A DNA stretch of 64,000 nucleotides from Trichoplax adhaerens. Lineage: Eukaryota; Animalia; Placozoa. The notes beneath the pieces were generated by a model that was not told the DNA's origin, did not search any database, and was given only the letters and a program-made list of their open reading frames with translations. A program made the translations under genes and the position numbers. Of the stretch, positions 1 to 11,400 are shown in pieces. Every line of letters begins with the position of its first letter. Positions within the stretch are counted from its first letter, which is position 1. The stretch is from contig NW_002060947.1 of the NCBI RefSeq assembly GCF_000150275.1, positions 5,495,229 through 5,559,228 on the forward strand, read 5' to 3'.

Positions 1-3000
1 GACTCTGAACTCTTTGAATATTCCTGATTGTGAAAAACATCAAGTTAGTAATCACTACTTATATCACGTTGGACCCTTGTAGAAATTGTCTTCTGTAAGT
101 TATTAATTACTTTCTACCAAAATAGGGGTATAACGATGAAATAAGTAGTACACAACATACAGTCGTATCGAGTGGAGCCTGCTGGTAGCTGCTGTCACCG
201 TAGTACATATCCGTTGAGGAATTTTCTTCAGTTGTCAAAAACAATCGATTATTGCTTTCCTGTGGTAATGCATACGAGTATAGTACAAATTGTAAGAGCA
301 CTTCCGTTAAGGCAATACGTTTGTATATATTGCGACTGTACAAAGGAAGTCTAGTAATTTCTTACCTTGTGAAGTTCTTTCGCTAGTTCTTCAACAAGAC
401 TTACACGATTCTCCAGCAAAAATAAGCGATTTGATAAAGTTTGCTCCAGATCATTATATTTCGCTTTCAGCGCTACTAACTCACTTCTTATATCACTGGT
501 TGACTGCTGGATCTAGTTTCAATTACATGATGTTGAAACATTGCGCAGAGAAAGTTCCATTACTTAGCGCCTAAGATGAGAGTATCACCATTTAAATAAA
601 TAAATATCAAGCGAAAGAAAATACCGTACATGTTCGTTGCAGAGATATGCAAAACGATCTGCTAGTAGTTGCGAAATTATAGAATTCTCATTTTCACCAG
701 TTATCTCGTCAAATTTCAATGAATCGGTAATCGCCTTATCTTCTTCCGCTGTAACTTTTAATATTTCATCAGAATCATCGTTCTGTACGATTTCAATCTC
801 AGAAACAGGGGTAAAGTTAGCCTTTGGATCTACAACGAAATAATATCCTTAAAGTTTTTCTCGAAGTAGTCATAAGAATTTCAAATAAAATTAGTTTAAT
901 CAAGTTAGTATAAGAAAAATAGCATTTCTGAGAAGAAAACAATTAAAAAGTAAAAATCCTTAAGTTGATGTATAATAATGTCGCTAAAATGCATGCTAAA
1001 TTGATATTAATTATGACTTTGCTACCTTCAATTAAAACTCTTTCAATAAAGTGACTATTTCGATTTTGTCCATGAGTAACGAGTTCAGAATGTTCTCCAT
1101 CATCCACACATTGACGAATCACCTTAGGTTGAAGGGAAATGTTCACGACATCATCCAAAGCAATAGAATTATTGTTATAAGTTTGATGAAGCGGATTGTC
1201 TAATGGATATTCAGCATTAGCAGCTGTAATAATCTGACTACTGGACTCCTTTTGGGTCGATACAACATTGCCATCTTTACTTAAAGGCAAAGGAGCTGGT
1301 CTAATTTTAGCCTGACTTTCCAAGTGCGAATCACTCCGTTGTTTCAAAACAGGAACCCTGTAACCTTTTTCATTAACCTCTTTATCCACGATAGTTCCCT
1401 GAGGACGATCAAGCACTTTAGTTTGCCTGCTAACCAAATATACCAGATATAAACTTCGTCAAATAGAAGTTTTAATTTTAAAATTAAGTTTGTTATCCGT
1501 TTGCTTGCTAATAAATTCAAATTTTGCTGTAAACGGTTTTGGATACTAGCAAGATAAAACACAACCAAGGTTAGAATCAACTCACCTTTTGACGATCTTT
1601 TTTTGACATCTAGAAATTTCGATGAAATCACGTAAGATGAATAAAAAAATTCAATAATACATATTATCTTAGAAGCATAAGAATACCATAATATTAAACA
1701 GTCCTGTGGCAAGTTAAAGTTTGAAACTGTATTATCAAATTGGTCCTGTTATTCGTATCACATCAAATAGTTCGATATAAAACTTAACTTATCGAATGTA
1801 CACATGCAAAAATGATACGATCAATTTATTATTTCCTACACTACACCATATGGAGTACAGTACTATTAACATTCCATAGTTTTTTAGCATCGTATTAATC
1901 GGTAATATTTATATTTGTTTGCGACCATTAATAGGTAATTAAAACGATTAACTAACATTAAAGAGATAAAAGTATCTTTCACTCAATTAATAGCGCATAC
2001 TATCCCCAAATACCTGGTTAGTTCTTTGTTTTTATCAATACAGATTCTAGCCAAGTCGCATGTGAGAATAACTTTCCTTTCCGAAAATCCAACAGTAAAA
2101 AACTGATCGATACTTATGGTGGGCTTGTAATTGAAAATCTTACGTAAGACCTACATTAGGATTGCACGGAAAAGATGAAGCCAATGTAAATTGAATATGA
2201 TATTGTAATATGATAACGTAAAATTCGTATAAATGCATATTAGTTTATGAGGTAATTGATGTTATTTAAATAAGATATATTATAAAACGTAATTGTAAGT
2301 CTATGTTCCTTGAGCAAGCACGTTATAGTAGTAAGTAGTTACATGTAGCTAGAGAGTAACTTAAATTTACAATGTATCAATAAATTGTTCGTTTGTCACT
2401 TTCTCTTATTTTCAGTATTATTTAGTGGTTTAAAAATTATGTTTACGAATTAAAAAATTTCTACTATAATTAGAGATATCCATTAAGAGAAAAATTAAAT
2501 AGAACTATCAGCATTAAATCAAAATAACCTTAAAAGTTTCTTCAATAAAGCGTAAATCATTCTTGCTAAAAAATTCAAAACCATTATCAAGTAAATACTT
2601 CGATAGTTCCACAGAATACTCCGTTAGAAGAAAATGCAATAAAGGCAAGAAGGCCGTAGGTATCCCTTTCGCAATGCTGAAAAGCAATAAATATTCCACA
2701 AATGAACACGGGCTTACGAAATATGTTAGACGTATTTTCAGTTATGATATCTATATTTGCTCTTTTAGTTACAGGATAAGCGATTTCAAAAATTGCTAGT
2801 TATCCGTTTGTACATTGCTAGGTATTTATTTAGAGCTCCTGGCCTAAAATTGAAAGGCATTTAATCTTTTGTACCACTTGTATAGTCGTATTAGCATGAT
2901 TTCAGCAACAACAGGCCATTAAGGGTTGTTGTTTAATACAAAATTCTTCACATTTGACTACTCCTTGCCTATAGAATAACTAATTTTGCGTTACGGTATA

Positions 3001-4878
3001 TATCATAGTAGCGTATAACATTAGGACTGCAAGAGAAAATGTCCTACTTCTAAAGTATATCTTAATACTACAGTTCGGAATCTTGCACTCGAAATGCAAG
3101 ACATAAATATCCATTCTATTATGAAATTGGGCAATAAGCAGCTTTAGTTTAAGATAATGTTTTCAGTAGATACTAATGCATTTCATAGTATTTCAAAAAA
3201 AGAAATGCTAGCCAGCCCTACAATAGAAATTGGCATAAAAGTGCCTATTCTGTAGCTAGTATTTGTTACAATAAGTAATTCTGTGATGCAAAGTTTAGCG
3301 CCAAGCAGAAATGGCCATGCCGTAGTACTATGCAGTATTACGGTGCTAAACTAAAAGTACTCCTAGACTTTATGCAAACAGAAATTTCTTCCTGGTCATG
3401 TTCTAAGAAAATGAATATCTGCAGGAATATAGCCATTGTACGAGTGTAAAGCTAGGCTTTCTGCACGTTAGGATTATTAGGTTGCTAAGGTACTCAATTA
3501 GACGGCAAATTCGTAAAAGATCGACTTTAAACTTTTATGTATCGATGCTACTGTACGGAAAAAGTTATTCCATGTTGGGAGATGAAAATCTTTCAAGATA
3601 TCAATATCAACAAGTCATGACGCAACTAGGCCATTAGCAGGTTGGATTACTAAGTTGGTAAGATCGTCAATCGGATTACGAATCTGCGATCGATTGACTT
3701 TAACTTTTACGTATCGATGCTACTATAAGTAGAAAGTTGTTCCAAGTAAAGAGATGCAAAATTTTCTAAAACATCAACACTCATAATTATGCTGTAAATA
3801 TAGATATAAGTCATAGCACTACAGTACTAGGCTACTAGCACGTTTGGATTACTAGGATGGTCAGACACTCAGTCGGGTTGCAAATCTGCGATAGATTGAC
3901 TTTAACTATTACGTATCGATGCTACTGTAGGTAGAAAGTTGTTCCAAGAATATCTATCTATCTATTACATATACTAGTGCAAACTCCCGTCGCTTTGCTG
4001 ACGGTTTACGATAATGTGCTCATTTAACAGATAGTATTACCATTTGATAGACCTGTCAGATTACTAGGTTGCTACGATACTCAGTCGGATTGCAAATTTG
4101 CAATAGATCGACTTCAATTTTTATGTTCGATGCTAGTGTGCATAGACAGTTATTCCAAGTTGCCAGATGAAATGCTTCCATAATATCAACATCATTAAGT
4201 CATAATACAACTAGGCTACTAGGAGCACGTTCGGATTACTAGGTTGCTATGATACTCCGTTGGATTGCAAGTCTGTGATAGATTAACTTTTATGTATCGA
4301 TCTGTTGAAGGTCCAAAGTTGTTCAAAGTTGGGAGACGAACATCTTCCAAAACATCCACATCGATCAACCATGACGCAACTAGGCTATTAGCCTATTTTA
4401 ATTAAGGTTGATCAATTCCTAAGCTAGTCCAATTGGATTGGAATTGTGTGAAAAAATTTTTGACCTCGTCTGTTAGCATTGTAGCACACAAGGACATCGT
4501 CGTGGATCAGTACTACAAACCAATGTTTGGAAAATATCAACATAACCATTTGAAGGATAGGATAAATCCTGTAAGTTGCTAAAATACTCGTTTTGAATTG
4601 AATATTTTACACTGTGTATAGACTTTGTGCAGATCGATTGTAGGCAGACGGCTTCTTCCTGCTTCAAAGGCAGAAAAGATCGAAAGAGACTGTACTACTG
4701 TATACTGGCGTCCCTTGCAAGAGGACAATCAATATCACTTTTACAAGACGATCCTCATCATTTACCTAGCATAATCTATTCGGTCTTTAAATCCTGCTCG
4801 TTGGACCAACGACTGTAATATTCTAATGTTGTTTTTAATATCGCCTGTTTTTACTATTGCTGACTTCATTGGGGGCAT
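1..4878 (-). CDS. CEP44: Centrosomal protein of 44 kDa (CEP44), multi-exon; 3' end probably continues beyond the window
   Basis: Phase-compatible GT-AG exons (minus): 4878-4766, 2676-2529, 2150-2014, 1609-1586, 1426-1026, 829-630, 512-366, 259-161, probably 23-1. Spliced N-terminus MPPMKSAIVKTGDIKNNIRILQSLV...SIAKGIPTAFLPLLHFLLTEYSVELSKYLLDNGFEFFSKNDLRFIEETFKVLRKIFNYKPTISIDQFFTVGFSERKVILTCDL resembles the CEP44 domain as recalled (TGDLK, KGDPAASLP, KNDLRF, FNYKP, QF..GFAE.K). A coiled coil lies in exon 512-366. Confidence 0.9.
3470..4395. repeat. Degenerate tandem repeat, ~175-210 bp unit, 5 copies, in CEP44 intron 1
   Basis: GGATTACTAGGTTG...GATCGACTTTAACTTTTATGTATCGATGCTACTGT...AAAGTTGTTCCAAG...CAACTAGGCTA recurs near 3471, 3644, 3846, 4058 and 4233. 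Confidence 0.85.
3951..4055 (-). mobile_element. Helitron-like fragment interrupting the tandem repeat
   Basis: Minus strand reads CCGTCAGCAAAGCGACGG (hairpin) then GAGTTTGCA then CTAG|T, ending at 3974: the Helitron 3' signature. A (TCTA)n tract is adjacent at 3951-3964. The segment is absent from the other repeat copies. Confidence 0.55.
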
Positions 4879-5325
4879 AAAATCATTCTATTACCAAATT
4901 GAATTTCCTATACTGTATCTGTGTGAAGTGAGAAAGCGCTGCAATGGACTGATGAGTGAATGGGAAGTTTTGCTTTAGCTTGTTGGACACCACTCCTTCC
5001 TTGTAATTGCAGTTGTGTCTTTCAATCGATGAATGAGTTCTGCGACGTAATTGCAACTAATTCTCACCAATTCAATCTGGATTCAACAGCAGTCCTTGAT
5101 TTTCTATTTAAAATAACTACCATATGAAAGTTTCGCCAATGTCTTTAACTTGGAGCTGACGAATTTTCCTGCAATCTCCTTTGAAATAGGAATGAAATGA
5201 ACTCCGACAGCAGTAAAAGTACGATGCCTTGAACACCACCTAATCCTAAGACATCCAGTATGTACGACCACGTCTATCGATGAATCGTCTCTTCAGACCT
5301 CATTTGGCGCCAGACTTTTTGAAAT

Positions 5326-5390
5326 ACAGTACACGCTTTACAGTGTACAATGTATAGTACTGTGATGACGCAGAATAGTACTGTGCAATA
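5326..5390. promoter_or_regulatory. ACAGT/TACTG pentamer cluster upstream of CEP44 (putative promoter)
   Basis: TACAGTACAC...TACAGTGTACAATGTATAGTACTGTG...AGTACTGTG, about 450 bp upstream of the CEP44 ATG. Confidence 0.45.
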
Positions 5391-6003
5391 CATCGACTGA
5401 TACCCAAAATTTGTCCAATTTGCTCATAATATTGTGTTAAACTTTTAGGATAATTTCAATTAAAAAGATGTTATTTTCGTATCAGATACCTTAGTAAAAG
5501 CATAAATTATAAAGTATAAATAAAATTGATTACTAATGTACATCGACTGATACCAAATTTGGTATTAATATTGTGTTTTAAGATAGTTTTAATCAAAAAA
5601 ATGTTATTTTCGTATCAGATACTTTAGTACAACTTTAAAAGTATAAAGTATAAAGTATAAATAAAATTGATTGCTATTGTACATCGACTGATACCAAATT
5701 TTGTCTAATTTGGTTATAATTGTATTTTCATATAATTTCAATCGTCGGCAATTCTTTATGAGCCACCTTATACTACAATGCTATTTTCGTATCAGATACT
5801 TTAGTAAAGGCATAAAGTATAAATAAAATAGATTGCTATTGTATATCGACTGATACCAAATTTGTCTATTTGGTCCTAAAATTGTGTTTCATATAATTTC
5901 AATCGCGGGAATCCTTTATGAGCCACCTTATACTACAATGTTATTTTCGTATCAAATATTTTAGTAAAAGTATAAAATATAAATTTAAAATTTATTGCTA
6001 TCT
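5389..6003. repeat. Tandem repeat, ~140-160 bp unit, 4 copies
   Basis: TACATCGACTGATACCAAATTT...TGTTATTTTCGTATCAGATACTTTAGTAAA...TATAAATAAAATTGATTGCTA starts near 5389, 5539, 5680 and 5842. Confidence 0.9.
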
Positions 6004-6652
6004 ATACAACCATTTCTATACTTACAGTTAACTTAAAGATTAGTAAATGTGTCCGTAAAGTCGATTTATCATAATAAACGTTCTAAAATACTCAAAAATT
6101 TTGAAAAATAAATTTTGTCTTTACATTTAATATTTTATTACGGATATGACATAAAATGTACAGAAATTCTATCCATACATTTAGAATAACCTGTTGATAT
6201 GCCAGATATCGTTATAAACTACAGTGTATTCACACGTTAGTATTAGTTACATTTTTCCTAGTTAAAGTATCTAAAACGAAATTAAAGACGCAGTACAGTA
6301 CTGTACAATGTGATCCGTTTTCTTCGATATGTTTGAATAGTAAAAACTATAAATAAAACGGCCAAATAGACCAATCGTTTATAAACCTTCCTATACACAT
6401 AGGTTTTTTATTGTAGAAAGTCACCCACTACATATTAAAAACCATGCAATTGCGATCCATTTTGTACAAATTGATGCAAAATTTGCAATATCGAATGTAG
6501 AGGATCACTTTATGCAGTGTACTGTACAGTACTGTAGGCCATCCAGGAAGGATTGCTGCAATACCTTGTTCAAATGGGTCTATGGGTCTCATACAGGTCT
6601 CTGGTTCACAGTGCATTAGATTTACTATATCTTATAGATTGTTGCTGGGCTA

Positions 6653-6746
6653 AAGTCAAGCCGTTTTCAACTCGATTTTTCTCATGAAGATCATCGCATT
6701 ATTTCGCTTTGCACACACCTTAAATCTAGTTTAAACGGCTTGACTT
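6653..6746. repeat. Inverted repeat with ~25-bp arms; possible mini-MITE or hairpin
   Basis: AAGTCAAGCCGTTTTCAACTCGATTT ... AAATCTAGTTTAAACGGCTTGACTT; the outer 14 bp pair perfectly. Confidence 0.65.
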
Positions 6747-8445
6747 AAGTAGGATAATAATGTACTGTACAAAATTTAGTGAATCTAAAAAGCACTGGAA
6801 ACAAGGTATTGTAGTAATTGTAATCTTTCCTATTTCGGAGTAAGACATTTTCATAGACCTTTACTGAGTACTGTCTTACGTCTTTAAACTAAGAACTTCT
6901 TAAAGGAGACAACCCTACGCTTTGGAGTCTTTCTCGCTTAGTAATTCCATAATTCCCTACTTCAAATCTTCATTTTACAATTTACGTTACTGTGCTCTAA
7001 TAGAAAGTAGGACGAACTTCCTTTACAGTTTGTTTAACGTCGTTTGTCAATTAAAATTTTTTTGCGCACTCGCCTGACCAAGGATACTGTAGTGGATACT
7101 TCCTCACCTAAATAATACATTTGCCAATAAGCAATATTAGATCTACGGCAGGAAATTATAGCCTTATTTAATCCATAATCTTCTTACTGTACTGTATACT
7201 GTAAATATAGCTATGACCTATCTACAATTGCTACGGTAGAAAGTACAAACAAACGTAGTCTATGGCCTGTAGTGTGCAATAGCCATATTGGCATAACCAT
7301 AAACAAGTAAGTTCAGATGGAATATCCATCGGACTTTACTTTAATGGGTACGTTGAGTCAAATAGAAAGCCGCCACAGGCGCTTTTGTAAATATTACAGT
7401 ACATAAGATAATTTAAATAGTAAGCACAATTTTTTTTACAGACTTTCAGTGGAAAAGCGAGGTAATAGTAACATGATGATAGATTTACAATATTGTAAAG
7501 TTGAAATTTATAATCATCGGCAAGCCAAGTTTACAATAGTGAGCCTATATCGTGATATCGCGTACAGGAAGTATTTTAATTTTAGTTCATACAATACATT
7601 TGTCCATTATATCAGTACAGTTAACAAACAGCATTGATCAAGATTATCACCCTTGCAATTAAGCCATAGATTCATAAATATGGTATAATACAATATCAAA
7701 TAAATAATAGTATCATTGCAAAGGCAGAATTTCTAACAATTAATTAAGATATAGGATAAAGTAAATTATAAGAGGCCATGACAAGATAAAATAGCATTAT
7801 GTCGATAAAGATCTGTTAAAGGTCTTCTTGCACTACTATACATATCTTCACTTAAATAATTGTTTCTTAATTCAGGAATTCAGCAAACAATATCAAACGG
7901 CTTTAATCCTATAATAGGATTACTGTAATAAATGCAACTAGTAGGAGCATGCTAAATAACTATCTTCATGATGTTGATGTAAATCATTAGTGAAGGTGTA
8001 GATGAATGAATAGAAAACAGAGATAACAACAGCATTTGTCAATTTTCATATTTAGCAATAAGACAGATACTAAAATGAGTATAACTGGAACATCGGTATC
8101 ACTTCTTACTCTCTTAAATCTATATTATTAACTTATTCCAATACTTAATACAATAGGTATAAATCAATTATTATACCAAAACATTGTATATGTATAAGAC
8201 ATTAGCACCAATTGTCAAAAATGTAACAGAATTATCGCAGATCAACATTACTACCAACTAATGACGCTAGAACTGAATATCATTTATGATGTCCAAACAA
8301 GAGAATAGGCATATGAAATTGTGCATTTCGGTATATTACATAGGTAGAACTATACAATTATTCCTTAAAGTCCATTTCAAGGCAGCATTTAACACAAATC
8401 ATGAACACCAAAATAGTTGGATTCATACCATATTAGTTAACATCA

Positions 8446-11400
8446 CTAAAATGTTAAAGCTTTGGCAATTTTCTTGCCTAAATATTGGCCAGTTCCAATG
8501 CACTGTGAACAAACTTCAAGCGCTGCCTTGAAACATTCAGACGCCTTTAATCGATCACCAGACTGTTTGTATAACCGGCCTAAATCGTAATAGTTTCTAG
8601 CAATGGTAACATGATATAATCCAAAGAGTCTCTTTCTAGTTTTTGCTGACTTTTGATAATATTGGATAGCATCATCGTACTTATTTTGAGCTTTAAAAAA
8701 TAAAGCCAAGTTATCATATACAATTGTTGTATCGAGACTACATTGACCACGGATTTTCAATATAATTTCTAACGACTTTTCTAGATATTGACGAGCTTGC
8801 TGAAAATTGAGTTGGCAAATACTAACGTAGCCAAGATTAGTATTACCCATAGATGCTTCTAGGCTGTCTTCACCAACTAAACGAATTTTGATATCCAGCG
8901 ATTTATTTAAATGATCAATTGCGTCATCAAATTTTCGCTGACAACAAAATATCATTCCAAGGCCACTATAGCTAGCGGCAGTCTTTAAGCTGTTTTCACC
9001 ACAATTCGTTTTATAAATATTTAATGCCGCTTGATAATGATTTACAGCTTGATTGTATTTACCTTGCATACCATTAATATTTCCAAGACAACCGCAAATC
9101 TCAGCATATTCCTCAGTTTGCCGTTGATTTAATTTATTAGTAATGGCTTTTGCTCGTTTAAAATAGGACGTGGCAATTTTATGCTTACCCAACGCGCAGT
9201 AAGTATTACCAATGTAACAGTAACTTTTAACAACGGCAAGACTTCCTTCTTTACATGTTACAATTTGATTCTGTAATGCATTCCAGTGATTGTCTAGCGC
9301 TTCATCATATCGACCTTGGCATCTTAATATCATGCCAATATTATTATAACAATCAGCCACCAATTGACTTCGTAAACCAAATAATTTTATACTAATATCT
9401 AAAGCATCATCGTAATGCTTTAATGCATTTTCGTATTTACCATATTGTTTTAAAATAGCGGCAATGCTATTATGAGTGATAGCAGTCCATAAGCTAACTT
9501 TTTTCAATCGTAACTGAAATATTTTTAATGCTTTCTTATGCATTTTTAATGCACTATAGTAATCGTACATTTCACTATAAAGACAACCCAAGTTATGGCA
9601 ACACACAGCATAATCGATTGTATCTTCTCCTGAATGCTTCATAACTATTTGTGTGGCCAGATCACAATAGTTAGCTGCCTCAGAAAATTGTTTAGCAGCA
9701 AAGTGGACCAACGATAGACGATTATAAACAGCTGCGAGGTCAACATAGTGCTCATCATCTAACTGCTTCAATATACCCAAAGATGTTTTTAAGTAATCTT
9801 CAGCGTCGTTATATTTACCAAGTGCATAACATGCTAATCCAATATAGCCTTTATATGAAGCAATATCTAGACTATGTCCACCATAATAAGAAACGTACAC
9901 ATCTAAGGACTTCTTAAAGAAAGAGTTGGCTTTATTGAAGCTACCATTTAAGAAGTAAATTTTACCCAATTTACAATACAATGATGCGGTAATATTCGCT
10001 TGATGCTTGCTATCGCGTACGAATAATAAAGCTGTTTCAATATGACTAGCAATGATTTTCCAACGTTTCCAACATAATGCATCAAAGTAGTCAAGATCCA
10101 TTTGTTGATTGAAAAATTTTAAGACACTATTATCGAGAACATCCTTGGATCGAAACAAATGTTGAAGTGTTTGCTTGATAACATTAGGCATGGTATAATC
10201 ACCATTGATTTCCATCAAAATAGCATAATTGAGTAATATTTGAATTGGCTTATGTAATAACTCGGGAGAATCGGATTTATAATTGACATAGTCTTCTAAC
10301 AGACTTGCGCTTAACAATTCTGATGAGCTATACATCATAAATTGCAATATAGGATTGATTAAAAACTGATGATCGGTGATCTTAGTCAGCATCATATTAC
10401 ATAAAGTTGCTATGTAAGGATTAAATTGATCATGTATCTGCGCATTATCTTGAGTAGCATTATTAGTATGACTGTTATGATTGTGTTGTTGATGATTACT
10501 ATACAAGATATCGACTGTAATTTTGCAAGATTCTCTTTCATATATTTCAATAAACTCTTTTAACGATAGTTGATTGACTGTCAGATAAGCTATAGTCATA
10601 CGGATTGCAAGGGGTAAGTCTGTAGTTAAATCAGCAATTTTATTGGCTGAAATAGAATCGTTTTGGCCGGATAATTGTGTGATACATTGGAGCGACATAT
10701 CCCTATCAAATGAAGGTATAATCATCGCGTTTGGCCAACGCACATTAGGAGTAGTAATAATGATGTTACCCTGGCCTTTAGTCGGTAGATATGGATTAAG
10801 GAGAACATGATCAGAGGCATTATCATAAATTAGCAAATATTTAAAGTGGAAATTTAATATGTCAAATGTAGCCAAGATAATTTTTTTCATAACCTGTAAA
10901 TTAGTATGATACTGATCTCGATTAATGTTAATGATTGTATCAATTAAGATATTATCGTATGTGCTAGAAGCTTGTTGATATATTTCTAGTAATCGTTGCA
11001 ATCGCATCATTTCTCGTGTGTGGGTATAGCCATGACATAGAGCACATTCATATAGATCATAGGCTAACTTGAGGATGCCATTTTGAACAGCAATCTCAGT
11101 TTCAGCATTGAACCAATAAATAAGTTGGTATTGCTTTTGATATTGCCTAGCATAATTTAAGGCAATACAGGATTTACCACAGCCACTGATACCTTTCAAA
11201 GCTACTAGATTGATTTTGTCTAATTTCCATATATTGGAAGAAAAACGATCGGTTATATCTTGTAATAACGAATGGCGATTTATTAAATCATTGGGTTGAT
11301 TGGATGGTAGAGCGATGATAGTAGCTATTGGAAAAGTGATGGTGTGCAACAAAGGTAATTGATCAGTTACGCTGCATGATGATTTGATGGTAGGATGATC

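Noticed and set aside
11032-11046. CxxCH (CALCH) heme-c motif in the NB-ARC insertion
   Set aside because: The protein is predicted cytosolic, where heme-c attachment is not expected, and the motif can arise by chance in a Cys/His-rich sequence
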